From Glycera tridactyla (Eukaryota): a stretch of DNA of 64,000 nt. Both the position numbers and the translations under genes were made by a program. Shown here in pieces: positions 38,456 through 51,722 of the stretch; the first letter of the stretch is position 1; each line of letters begins with the position of its first letter. Location of the stretch: NCBI GenBank assembly GCA_965644265.1, contig OZ286476.1:47182001-47246000 (forward strand), given 5' to 3'. The notes under the pieces were generated by a model. It did no database searches. It was given only the letters and a program-made list of their open reading frames with translations, and was not told the origin of the DNA.

Positions 38456-38620
38456 GGATTTTAGATCATGAAAATGGGACCAGAATTAGTGGAGATAGAG
38501 CCCAGAGTTAGTATGTATTACATCAGCCATTAGTAGGCAGATATTGGGGTTTCTTTTTCCACAAAATCTCAATGAACATCACTTCCAGTCAGGTTTTCAG
38601 GGTTTTTGTTTGTGAGCCAG
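38456..38620 (+). repeat. Unclassified dispersed repeat (copy 2 of 3)
   Basis: GGACCAGAATTAGTGGAGATAGAGC is identical to the copy at about 14072-14096, with shared downstream blocks. Confidence 0.7.
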
Positions 38621-39043
38621 TCATCCCTGCAGGTTGCCATGTGAGAATTGCTAGAATATGTTGCCATTGACTTGGCGGTTGTGACAATTAGGATGATGAG
38701 GGGAGGGAAGGGTTGGTGTTGGAGCGGCAGTTAGAGATGTGCAGGAGCTGGAGATAATTGCAGCCTAACTTAATTAGACTTCTCACCATGCTGCCACCGC
38801 CCAATATCACCCATCATCATTGTCTTCTTCATCAGCCTCCGATTACGTACCACAACCAACAAAATGCTAGAGAAATAATGGAAATGTCCTTTCAAGCAGG
38901 CCACTTGAATCGGATATTTCTCTCATATTTTTCCCTGTTGAATCAAATTACTGATAACAAAGAAAAAAAATAAAAAAATTACTGATAACAACTTTATCAA
39001 GCAGATGAAAATGTTAGTGATATCAGTATGATTGTGAATAATA

Positions 39044-39146
39044 CAGTCGAACCTCTCTATAAAGACCGCCTTCGGTCGCATCAAAAAGTAGTCTTTATAG
39101 GGAGGTGGTCTTTATAGAGAGGTGGTCTTTAGAGGAGATTCGACTG
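39044..39146. mobile_element. MITE family B, internal-deletion derivative (103 bp)
   Basis: TA-flanked. The first about 80 bp and the right end closely match 51723-51900, with the middle missing. Confidence 0.88.
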
Positions 39147-42100
39147 TATGTGTGATTTGGTTCATTAGGTTGGTGCCTGCTTTCTCACTGCAACCTGTTG
39201 ATTCTACCATCATAGTCAATAGGTTGCGTCGTACCTCGGGGAGGCTCATATACTGATAGACTGTATATATTTCCTTGTCCAAACTCATGGGAGCTGACAA
39301 TATTCTGTTCTTCATTCGAATCATACTCGTCATCATTTTGTCATCAGACATCAAATATTCACACATCATTAGACTGCATAATTCCATCTTGCAGATGTTC
39401 CAATTTTGTGCCATGTGCAGAGAGAAACATAAAGTTAAACTAGGCATGTATGCCGAAAAAAGGATGCCTGGTAACACACATCTCCTCTGCTGGTGATTGT
39501 GAGAGAAATTAATTCGAATTTCTCGCCATTCAAGTGGGCGCCACATTCATCCAGTCCACCTCCTGCTCACTGTGTCGAAATGGCTGGGATGGGGATATCT
39601 TACTCTCAAAACCCAATCATTAAGCATGTGAAATTCACTTATGAATCACTAAATCATACAATCAAAGGCTTTAATGCCCCCCAAGATTAAAATGATTCAA
39701 CATATACCCACAATGCTCTATTAAACATCAGTTCAAAATGAAATAAAATAAAATAAGATAAAAGGTAGAGAGTATTCATCTCATTAGCAGTATCAAACCT
39801 GATAGAGAATCAACATCGACCATATACTGGCAGGTAATTCCTAGAAGCAGGAGCCATTTTAATGAAAAGTAGACTTATAACCCATGGCAAGTTACATGGG
39901 AATTGAATTAGTTTATCACCTTCAATCAACTACCCAAAAAAAACTATCAAAATATGTTCCATTTTTTGTCATCTAAGCTGCAGTCCCAAATGAGAGTGGT
40001 AAGAAGAAAGATGCCCACAAGGCAGGCATCCTTAAAAAGGGCCATGCATAAGGCCATATGATTTGCCCCAAAGACCCGTACATTTTGCTACTCAGAATGT
40101 CTTTGCATCGCATTTCATTCAGATGGCGCCATTTCTGGCCTGCATTTGAGATATCAGTGAATGTATCCTGGGAATTACACTGGTTGTTGGTGAAAAGCTA
40201 CAATTTTACTTCATCATACCATAAAAAAAAAAAGGAAACGCAGTGGGATTGTGGAGTTTGGAATCCGATGTGTCAAGCTTAGATGTGTGGTTGATTTGTC
40301 TAGGAGCTTTAGACATACTATGTAAGCTGATTGAAATCTGATCTGCTGATGCAAGGAGGAAGAAAAGAGGCACTTTACTGATGCATCTCACCAACCCTCT
40401 GACCCACTTGCCAATAAAAGTCGGTGGCCGAAATTTTAACAAAAATTGGTTCCTGCCCATCGATCATGCTAACATTTTTCATGGCGGATATTTGAACGCT
40501 AATGCAGAGTAAAAAATGACCCCTCTCTTCAGTATAGCAGTAAAAGGTCCCAGATATGGGTTTCGCCATCAAAACAGTGAAAAAAGGGTGATCCTTGTGA
40601 TAAATAAGTAAATGAGCATGGAAAGTAATGTGGACTTGATCAGAATTTGATGGCTTATCTGCATAGTGTGTGCTTCCAATTAATACTGACCATTGAAATA
40701 GTTAGATGATCATTCCAATGAACTTCGGAAAATTGTGAGATGTAAATCAATTATTTTTCAGTGGAAATATTATGCATGAACTTCTTGATGTAGGTCGACC
40801 ATTTGGTATCCATCTTGGATTGTCAGCCCTGCTCTGAACTTTTTGGGATTAGGTGAGTGGGACAGTGGCTGGTGCCAGAACCTCAAGATTGGATTGTGTT
40901 AAGGTCTGTGTCGATAATGCCATTGAATACATATGGGGAAGATTTAGCGTGGTGGAACCCCATAATGTTGGGTTAAAAGAGTGGCATATTGATAACACGG
41001 TGTGATGAGATATTTGCTTGATTAAAATGAATAATCACATTATTCACAATTACTTCTTCCATATCGAGAAACTGGTGCATGCACATAATTGCATCTTGGA
41101 AAATTGCATTCGGTGTAAAACGTTAGCATACCACCCCGTCATTGTGCCATTACCGGAGAATCGAGAGCTGTTTGCTGGAACAGGCGGGCAATAATAGATG
41201 TCAGTGTCGGGTTGGGTAATGGATCACCGTGAGAATAGTGTCATTAGGATTAGTTAGGCCTAGAAAGTTTCGCCCATAATTATGGGTGTTATCATTAGGC
41301 ACGCGTGCACACCCAACCAACCACCCACCCACCCACCCTTTACCACCCATGTTGTTCTAACCCTTGCCACCCACATAGGAAGGATTGACTTCATGCCTCC
41401 AGTTAATTAGGAGCAGGTTTCGTATTATGTGCAGCACAGTTTATAGGATAGCAAGAGGCATCATTATACCGTCCTTACTTCTTGTATTCGGTGCATGATT
41501 AGAAATACAAAAGTCTCCGAACTTGAAATGTTGGGTTAATGAAATGACCGCATGTGACTTTGACCTCCTGGTGGTTGAAGGTCATGCAGTGTTGATTTCT
41601 CCGATCCCGCCTTACAACCAGATAAGATACTTCGATGATTTTTCAATTTGGCTGCTTGCAGCTGTCGGCCATTCAGCTATTCATCGATGACAGGCGCTGG
41701 TGCCATTTTCGGCAGTTACCGACATGAAACGTCCATTCTGTGCAGATCTCTGTGACGCCCAACATAAAGAATCTGACAGGGTTTAGTGTCGTCTGATGCT
41801 AGTGATGCGGATCTCGCCGTCTCTGAAGCCAACCTTCACTGCCCTGTAAGCCCCGTAGACCTGATGGATGTTTGGCGGCCGATATCGCTGCGGATGCAAC
41901 AGACGTATGCAAATCAGTGGCATGATGGGATAGCATACACTGGCTAACATACTCTCTATTCTGATTAAGCCGGACAATCTGATAAATGCCGCTCTGGCAT
42001 GAAGTTTAATCACGGCTGTCGGACCGCATGAAGTTCGATCAGAGGCTTTATAATGGCCGTTTATTGAGCCCTGAACTGTATGCTCTTGAATTCTGAATAG

Positions 42101-43665
42101 AGCATTTGTGCTGATCATGCAATGCTGCTGCGAGGAAATAGGAGCCTCCATCTCCGAGATCCAAGGGGTCCATTTCACTATATAATAGAGACACTCCTAA
42201 ATTGTATTAGTGTCTTTCATTTACTAAGAGTATCTCAGAAATCTTCAGGGATTCAAATTATCTTTGAGTGCGCTGAAACTTGGATGACCCAGCACGAGCA
42301 ATTTCACAATTGTTGCAGTCGCTGGCCGCTTTACCAGTCACTCAATCCACAATGTGAACTATATAGTGTCTGAATACATTGGAATATATGATTGACATGT
42401 CACCCAGTTTATTCTGGAATGGCTTGTCCGAAAAGAGTATGTGCACCATTGTGCTGAGATTAGTCTGAAATCAATGCTTAATTTGTGCATGTAGACTTGG
42501 ATCATATGACAGATGATTGGAATATATTTTTGCCCCATCTGTTCAAGTATTCATATCTTCTCTTAGGTTTCATCAGAAAGATCTAACTTTGTGCAAACAA
42601 GTTACAAACACAGTGTTTGCACACTCTTTCCCACCAAGTTCCAAAATAGGAGACAACACCCTTGGAACTGGGGACACTGTCAATTATTTATACCTCAGCA
42701 ACATTGAATTCCCAACAGGAGGCTGTTTAGAACAGGTTTGACTGCACTGTCTCCTCTGTCATGGAAATGTTTGATTGTGCTCTCGCATCCCACAAATGAT
42801 GCCTGTCGGTAGGTATGTTCAGACAGTCTCTGATCTTGCCTAGCGTCGGGAAGCGCAAGAGAAATTTCCCACCACTGGCAAACATAGGAAATATATATCA
42901 ACTAGATATTGACTCCTGACAGATATTGCTTCCTTGGCTATGTATGTGGCCAGCAGCTTATTGACTACTGACAGATATTGCCTGTTTGTATTGCCTCCTG
43001 ACAGATATTGGGGCATTGCTTATGGCAATAGCCACCTGCATGATCACGTTGACAGCTACTAGAGGGTATAGCAAGAATGTATGGTCGTGAAGTAAAAATG
43101 CAATACCAAACAGGGTTTGAATTTTGCCTAATTCGGTGAAATACACCCGAGTTTGGTATCACGTTTTTACTCCATGGTTGTATATTCTTGCTTTTATGAC
43201 ATGCATTAGTCCCCTGTATATCATGCCCTAGGTGATGAATGATAACCCCCATGATGTGCTTGTCCAAACAGGAAGGTGAATTTGCCCAATCCATATGAAA
43301 TTTTGGGTTTCTGAATTTCATAAACTAGAGGCTCATTCAGTTACACTGATACTTCCCTAGGCTCCAGTAGAAAGACCATAGGGAAAAATAAACATTATAA
43401 AATACAACCTAGAGCCTCACGGAGAAGATGATAAAGGGTGTTCCCTCAAGCCTTGCTTTATTTGGCCACACAAACAAGCAACCCCATCTGGGTGGGTGGG
43501 AAGTTTATGAGAAGTCTAACCTTAGAAGCATTATTCTTGGAACCAATCTCTAATTTACAGTCAGCAGTCAATACTGTGGTCTGCAATTGCAGGCGACAAT
43601 TGACTCCTAGCATTCAATCTTTATGAGAGATGTATTCGGTAGCTATTGGCCAGTCACAGGTTATA

Positions 43666-43841
43666 CAGTGAAACCTGCGGTGAGAGACCCCCAACAAGAG
43701 ACCACCTCTGTCAAGAGACTGCTTTTTCAAGGCAGCTTTTCTATTTGTCATAGTCAAATATACCTCCAACGAGAGACCACCACTTTTGCGAGACCGCTTT
43801 TTGGTGACATTTATGGAGGTCTCTCATCACAGGTTTCACTG
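43666..43841. mobile_element. MITE family A (opposite orientation to 12052-12229)
   Basis: TA-flanked, CAGTGAAACCTGCG...CAGGTTTCACTG. Colinear with the reverse complement of 12052-12229. Confidence 0.9.
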
Positions 43842-43959
43842 TACCATATAGCCCTTTCCATTTGAATGATATTGTGATCTTCCCCCAGTTGAGTCCCACG
43901 TCCCTAAATTTCAGATGCTGGGACAGAGGCGACAACAATCTGCCTGATGCCCTGGCTAG

Positions 43960-43973
43960 GTTTCCATGGAAAC
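43960..43973. promoter_or_regulatory. RFX X-box motif GTTTCCATGGAAAC (perfect palindrome)
   Basis: Direct reading. Confidence 0.4.
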
Positions 43974-44310
43974 AGAATACTAGTTCTCCTCCATGTTATC
44001 AATCATAGGGAGATTTGAGGCCTGGATGTGGACAGCAGGCGCTGCACAGCATAAATAAAACCAACAGTCAAGCACACTTTCAGCCTCGAAAAACACCTCT
44101 TGAATATCCGCAGCAAATTAATTTCTTTTATGGCCATTGACCAGCGATTCACTGTCGGCTTTGAAGACGGATCCCAGCGGAACATAGCAAGCACCATTGT
44201 AATCAGACTCAGCACAATTTTTAACTTCCAAATTGAAGGTACGAGATTTATCTTTGAGCGTTGGATGTTTGTCACAATACGTGTGTCATGTGATTTTTCA
44301 CAGCATTGCC

Positions 44311-44480
44311 TTTGACCAGCAGCCTTGCAACCTTCATCGATAGCCAGTTCACTAAGGCAAACTCAATCTCTGTTGAAATCAAATGAAGGTCGATGTTTGA
44401 CCAACAGCCTTGCAACCTTCATTGATAGTCAGTTCACTAAGGCAAACTCAATCTCTCTTGAAATCAAATAAAGGTTGATG
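44311..44480. repeat. Tandem duplication, 2 x 85 bp
   Basis: TTTGACCA.CAGCCTTGCAACCTTCAT.GATAG.CAGTTCACTAAGGCAAACTCAATCTCT.TTGAAATCAAAT.AAGGT.GATG at 44311 and 44396. Confidence 0.93.
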
Positions 44481-44522
44481 TCTTCTCAAGGGGAACAGAC
44501 TGCAGTGTGTGATATGCATGTG

Positions 44523-44731
44523 CAGTCTAGCCCATCCTAAGCAGCCACTGTACTAAGCAGCCACTGCACTAAGCAGCCACTGTACTAAGCAGCCACCTGT
44601 CTTAGGCAGCCATTTTTGAATTTCCCAATGGAGGTTTTCCCACTATAATTCATCCACCTCAAGTACCCACCTGCCGTGAGTAACCACTTTCTGCCTTCAT
44701 GAAAGGGTGCTGCTCAGAACAGCTTTGACTA
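44523..44731. mobile_element. Putative MITE family C (CTAAGCAGCCAC subterminal repeats)
   Basis: Imperfect TIRs (CAGTCTAGCCCATCCTAAGCAGC vs reverse complement TAGTCAAAGCTGTTCTGAGCAGC). Four tandem CTAAGCAGCCAC(TGYA) units in the same architecture as families A and B. Confidence 0.5.
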
Positions 44732-45115
44732 CATGCCCTATCAAAAACGCCTCTCAATCATCCCATACAGAAACTCATGCAATGAGAGACCACCTGTCCA
44801 AGTGACAAAATTCTTCAGAAATTATTGTGCTTCAATGTTACAGAGTTTGATGTTCAACTACTTTGGTGATAGTTATGCATAAACATAGACATGGGGTGTG
44901 AGTTGACAAAAAGACCATAGATTGCAGCCATGCCAGAAAAGGGTAACTTTATCAGCGTGAGTGGCGTGCTGGTAATGGTTGAAGAGAGGTTTTAAACTCA
45001 CTGATCTCATTAATTTCTGTGGGACCACTCTCCCTTAAGCCCTTGCCACTGCTACCACCAGCACAATGCCTCATCCAACACTTTTATTCCCGAATCCTTT
45101 CTGAAAGTCATTATA

Positions 45116-45275
45116 AACTGAAACCCGCGACAAGAGACCATCATAGATCTATATCACTGAAGGCTCTGGAAAGGGTTGGTCTCTACCATAGGTATATTTG
45201 ACTTTGTGTTAAAGAAAGGCTGCCTTGAAGAAATGGTCTGCCATTGAAAAGGGTCTTTCATTACAGGTCTTACTA
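45116..45275. mobile_element. Degenerate MITE family A
   Basis: TA-flanked AACTGAAACCCGCGACAAGAGACC...CAGGTCTTACTA. Internal TATATTTGACT..GT...GGCTGCCTTGAA matches family A. Confidence 0.65.
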
Positions 45276-45739
45276 TATCAGAAATATTATTCACTTGATT
45301 TTCAGTTGTTGGGAGATGCACTTATGAAAAGGCTGTATGTCCAATTTTGTCCATTTGGCATTGTAAATTATCACATGTGATTTCAACATGTAATCTTGAG
45401 AATTGTTCCACTATGCTGAAGTATACTCAGAAAAATAGCACACCCATGATTTTATCAGTGGCAACACAGCTAGAACGCATGAAGATTGAGGAGAAGGATT
45501 CATCTTTCAAATGGTGTGATCCCGCCATGTGATCACATAGGGCCCCATTCGTGCAAGTAAGAGGGCACTATTTTGTATGAGCAATGACATTTTTTTAAAA
45601 AAGCTGTGCTGTTTGGTAATCAGCACCAGAGCGAGACATTCAGGGGATGATGCTTTAATTGTCCATTTGCTGATAACTTCTCCCTTGACAGCTGTCAGAT
45701 ATGTCACATGAAAGCTCATCTGTGATAGGTGATCGTAGG

Positions 45740-46008
45740 GAGAGGTGTGTCTGAAAAGACAGCTACGTGCATTCGATAATTAGGTTCATTTGAGGTGAGA
45801 AGGGGTGTGTCTGAACTGTCAGCTACTTCCACTAGATAATCTTTCTGTCACCCCAGCATCTTGTATTCTTAGGATTTGTGAAAGTGACAGAGCATCCAAT
45901 TGTCGTAGTGCTTGAACACATGGCATACATAATCACAGTGGCTGATACATGCAATTGAACACCACCAACGACCGCAACCAACCAACCAACCAACCAACCA
46001 ACCAAACC
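45740..46008 (+). mobile_element. SINE-like repeat, diverged, (CAAC)n tail
   Basis: GGTGTGTCTGAA appears twice (local duplication), then CAGCTACTTCCACT...CATCTTGTATTCTTAGGATTTGTGA...GGCATACATAATC...CTGATACATGC and (CAAC)n. Confidence 0.6.
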
Positions 46009-47767
46009 ACAAACATGCTGACCCACTTTTAAAAGATGACCTCACCTCTAGGTTTCACGTGAGTGACCAGGGGTCAAATTTTCGAGTAGCCAATGAGCTC
46101 AGTATTTGGGAACTACCTGTATTTGTGTTTTATAGAGATCACTCAAATATGAGAATCTTCACTAAAACAGTTGATCTGAAGGGGATGGTAGACCTGGAAA
46201 TAGTCAGTGATGAAGTGTAAGTTGTTGTTGAAATGTTAGGTGTTAGTTTAGGTGGTCATTTGTCAGAGATGAGTGATAGCCTGCAGGATTAGTGACCAGC
46301 CTCCCAGATTAGCTCCATAATCAGATGGGCTGTGGTCACCAGATCCAGTACCGGCTCCTCCGCAGATGTCAGCTTGTGTGAACAAGGAAAGTATGAAAAT
46401 CTGAGATTGATATATGTAATCGCGTCGTCCATGGGAGAAAGTTCGCAATATCCCCTCTCATGCTACTCCATGAACATCAACCGAATGCGATAAAAGTTGT
46501 CCATTTTTAGCACCATCACCAAAGTCGGATTGGTCTTATGCTTTTACAATTCCACCTAGCCAGATATGGACATTTTGACTCAAAGCCATCATGTCTTTTG
46601 GCAACATGAAACTCATTGTCACACTTAGGTTCAGTCACTTAATTTTTGATTAACATTAGATGTTATCTTCGATTTCATTGTGATGTAGATGGACTCAAAA
46701 AGTGAGTGGTTTGGTTTGAAAGTAGAACTACGTCAAACCCACAGCTTCAAATCATACTCTTCAAATCACATGAAAGATGTTGTTCAAACAAAAAAATAAT
46801 TGTCAATCATCAATATATCACAGTTGTTTTTGTTTTCCACTTTTTACAATTATGATTCCTATTAAAATGTCAGCAGATGTTCTTAACATTTATAGATTAT
46901 ATTTTGGTGGACAGGAGGAGATGATTGATATCACAAGCGAGTTTGTAATTTCTGCAATAAGGGCTAAGAGATGAGTTTCATTAAACTCATGGAACTCTTG
47001 GGGTTGGGATCGTCGTATGGAGAGGACTGGCGATGATATGTGTGTGTGTCGGTGTCACCTGACGGAGCGCAGATAAAGATGGCACTTGTACATGTTGGCG
47101 ATGACACGCCGAGTCACAGAGAGCATTGTGGGATGCATATGATGGACGCTTCAAGTTTCCGTTAGTCGTACATTAGTATTAGTGTTGGTATTGTGCTTCT
47201 GCCAGAGCGCAGCTGTAGCTTATGACACACCACCGCCATCATTTCACTCAAATCTTGCATACTCACCACGGGTTGCTATGGATATCTCCAAATCAAAGCA
47301 AGCTCACACTTTGATGTAGCGGTCTCCCCCGGGGACCCTCAGTGGTAGCACAGCTTGTAATGAAATGGGTGTAAAGTGGGGGTTGTATCAGGAAATCTGG
47401 GGTCTGGATGGGGTTTAGGATAGTGAGATGGGCCCCAGATGGATGGGAATGTGACATGCAAGGTTATACATAGAGTGCTGACAAGCTGATNNNNNNNNNN
47501 NNNNNNNNNNNNNNNNNNNNNNNNNNNNNNNNNNNNNNNNNNNNNNNNNNNNNNNNNNNNNNNNNNNNNNNNNNNNNNNNNNNNNNNNNNNNNNNNNNNN
47601 NNNNNNNNNNNNNNNNNNNNNNNNNNNNNNNNNNNNNNNNNNNNNNNNNNNNNNNNNNNNNNNNNNNNNNNNNNNNNNNNNNNNNNNNNNNNNNNNNNNN
47701 NNNNNNNNNNNNNNNNNNNNNNNNNNNNNNNNNNNNNNNNNNNNNNNNNNNNNNGGTGTGGTGTGTG

Positions 47768-47799
<32 letters not shown>

Positions 47800-50700
47800 T
47801 ATGTGTGTCTGTGTCTGTGTCTGTGTCAGTGTGGTGGTGAAGGTGNNNNNNNNNNNNNNNNNNNNNNNNNNNNNNNNNNNNNNNNNNNNNNNNNNNNNNN
47901 NNNNNNNNNNNNNNNNNNNNNNNNNNNNNNNNNNNNNNNNNNNNNNNNNNNNNNNNNNNNNNNNNNNNNNNNNNNNNNNNTTTTCATTCACATTCCAAAT
48001 ATTTGCATTCAGGAATGGAACAGTTTGCCATTAGCACATTTGTTTGACTGAAGTCATCAGCTGGCATGGCAACATGGAGATGAGGTGTGCAGGGAAAACA
48101 ACGCTTTCAAATGTGTCACCATCATTCCAGGATACACAGTCAAACCTGTTATCAGAGAACATCCTAAATTACAACAGGCCATGCTGGAGATTTAGGTTCA
48201 TACATGTGTCAGCTGGAGAGAAAACACCCTCCCCACCTCGAGCAACGGGCCCTGTGAACCATAAACTAGTTAGATAATTGTAAGTTACTCTTGAGTTATC
48301 TCTGGTCTAGTACCCTCGAGGCGAAGCAAAGTATTCTTCCGACATAATGCCACGGATGGGTTGTATTGATCTTCTGACGATCATCGAACTTGGTGTCAGG
48401 TACTCTGCAAACTTGTAAGAATATTTGTAAGTGAAACGGGGGATACAGCCATCGCACTTGCTGCGAAACCAGCATGAAATCGACATATCTGGTGTTGGTG
48501 GGTGTGATATACAAGGGAACCTCAACGAGATTACATTTCTAGCCAGCGGGGATATAAACAGAATATGTCAGTGAGTTTTGTTTCAATCCAATGCAAATTG
48601 TTGATGCTCAGGTGAAAAACATAACGGCCACAATTGAACTTGACAGACTTTATCAAGTGGCTCATTCAAGTAATTTCTGTGTTGTTATCATGTCTTATTT
48701 GGTGCCGAAAAGTCACTGAGCTCCATTACTTCGAAATTCCTGGTTCTCATTTATTTGCTGGATTCAAATGATGTATTTGCAAAGTCAGATTTGGTTACTG
48801 ATGGGTATCAAATAATAAACTAGTGTAGCAGGCGATTTATGTGGAAGGAGGTTCTAATATGTCGTGACCCTGTACATCAGGTTGGTGGAATGTCATGTTG
48901 ATCTATTTCTGCACGTTCAAATCTTCGACATCCATCTTTCACCCGATGTAATTAACTCTGCCTCACGATCAACTTCCTGCCCACTTCCTGAAGTCCCGCA
49001 GCCGCTTAGAGCATACCTCCCTCGACTCCTTTAAAGGATCGCATGTTGCCTTCATCCTAAAGCGGTCATTAGACAATACTTACGCAGGACTATTTCTTGC
49101 TGAACTAGCTCTAGAAGCTTTTAATCACACCTACACTCAGGCGATAGCATCAGAGTGATGTATGTTTATAGATTCAATCACGCGATACGTCTTATCTCTG
49201 CGATTCCTGACCTTCGATAATTAAATTCACAATGAGGCTTTGCGAAGAGACAGCACATGCTGCTGTGGAGTGTGGGAGGGCTGATGTGTCGGCCATATGT
49301 GCCACCTCCGCCGCAACTCCTCACAAGAATCTCAGCTATAACCTCTTCCAGAATCTCATATAAGTTATTCACCCAATTGATGAAATAATTATTTGATCTC
49401 TTCATTATTTGTATTTTCATTCATTCATCCTTTTTGTCTTTAACAGCCCAGACCTCTTCAAATTGACTGAATGACTGAATGACAAAACTTTATTTTTCAT
49501 TGGCGACAGTAGCAATTTCACGAGTAAACAATACATACAGTAATCGGGAAACTAGTTGGTGCACCTGGGTCCTTGACCCCTATTTTGCCTTTCAGCCCAC
49601 TAATACATCTACCACTGCAGGCCCAACTATTTTGTTCCAACTGACAGAAGATCTAAAAGAAATATAGTATTGGACCCTGTCTTTAACAAAGCACAACATT
49701 CTCGAGATTTCATCCAATTCTTCCCAGAGGCATTTTTGGAGTGTAGTCTTATGTATGTGAGGTTTTAAGTGACGCTGAAATAGAGACCAGTGTCTCTCAC
49801 TTTAATATATGATTGAGGTTTGCTGGAATCCGGGCACCACTTAGTATTGTCACAAGTTATCAACTAATGCTTTAATCTGATTGGCTAATCAGATGACTGA
49901 AGGTATACAGCTGCGATCTGATTGGATTAGGCCATTCTGCAGAATGTCACATGACCGTCTATGTCATATGAAATAAATCGCATCATGTTGCCAGTGTGAT
50001 ATGTAGCACTGTGGCTCCGCATCGCCATTTCTCCTCTCTATTAGATTGTATATCGAGGTCATCTCAAGGGCGTTGTCTCCTCAGTGCAGTATATAGCAGA
50101 TTGGCCAATATTTTCAGCTGCCTACAACTGCCTTTGTTCTCCTCCTGGTTGTGAGAAGGATATGAATACTGTCTCTGGAAGTTCTCCAGACATTTACTTC
50201 TTCTGCTCGTGATATTATCTTTGTCCTATCTTATTGAAGTAGTTGCCTTCTTGTCTGGATATGCTCATACACTGCTTTTATATAAAGGTGCCATATTGCA
50301 AGGTCACATACAGAGGGGAAGAAGCATTGGGTATTTTGAGTATGAGCTGCTTTTTGTGGGACCTAGGGGCCATGGTGTCCCTTGAATCAGTGAGGGAATT
50401 GCATATACTCCTTATTGGGTGAATCTATCTTGACAAAAATTGTGTAAGATGATGCTAATTTTTCTCAAACTTTATGGGGCAAATGTTCCCAATTCTTGAA
50501 ATCCTGGATGGAACCCTGGTATTGTTAGTTAAACTAACACACACATGCATGCACTCATGTGAAAATCCATTCACACATCTATGCAGGATGAAATGATACT
50601 CTCAACCAGATAGTGGATTAAGAGATATACATTCTTAACAAAAAGGGGATTCAGTGTGAGCCTGCGACAAGTGAACCTCATGAGCAATAGCTCAACAATT

Positions 50701-51722
50701 TTTTTTCCAGAATGCCTTGCCGTCATTTCTCTCCAACTTCACCTGTGATCAGCAAGCACCCATTCTTTTGGGATAAATGCGGAGGGATTTTCAAGATGCT
50801 CCCTTATTGCATGTTTCACTGTATTTGCAAATTGTCATTGTTCTTGTATTGATATTCTGCCTTCCTCCATGTGTTACAGGTGAGCATTCAGAAGTGATGA
50901 TAGAGCTGTTTAAGCCAAGTCAGATAAGTGATGATGATTTTCAAACCGTTTTTATTGCACCGTTCACTTCTGATAATCTTTTGTTCTGGTGTTGCTTAGT
51001 AAAGGATCATCTCATGAAGATGTTCACAATGAACATTAACCTAGCAGTTCAGAAGTCCTCAGCAATAATTTTGAAAGGGGAAAGTTCTTATTGGCCATTT
51101 TAGTGGTTGATAAGGAAAGTTGTCCCTCTGTAGATTTCCATATTTGGTGGTTCAGTACTCCACTCACTTCTCTCATCAAAATTAGTTATTTGTTGATTAT
51201 GAAATATAGAATTGCCACCAATGATACATCTCTTGGATATTTCCTTCATAATCTCAATAATTTACCACCAAATACTAGATTATGATGGTTAAATCTGGAG
51301 AAGAATTTCCCCAGACAAAGAATGATGTGATGATCAAAATGCACAAAATTAATGAAAAACATGATTTTTCTGCAAAGAATTCAAGCAGCAGCACATTCCT
51401 ATTCTTAATAAGAGGCCATGTTTTGTAAACCCTTTCCTTCTAACATGTTCATCAATACAGTGAATCCTAGATAGGTACTTGCTAGTTGTGGGTTTATTTG
51501 CGAAGGTCCGATGAAAGATGTTCATATAAAATGACTTGCTCTTTGCGAGTAATTGCTCACCAAAGGCTTACTTGTCACAGTACAGACTGTGCTATGGATA
51601 CTGGTAAGCTGAGATAGACAAAGGTGGTACTGTGAGGAGTATCAGATAATATTGAAATATATCATGTGTATCACTTTGAGATTGCTTTCTCTTGTATCAG
51701 AATAAGAAACCACACCATGGTA

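Noticed and set aside
9276-47991. Long ORFs containing runs of X (e.g. 9276-9875, 27159-28028, 30744-31526, 47464-47991)
   Set aside because: They are open only because they cross N gaps.
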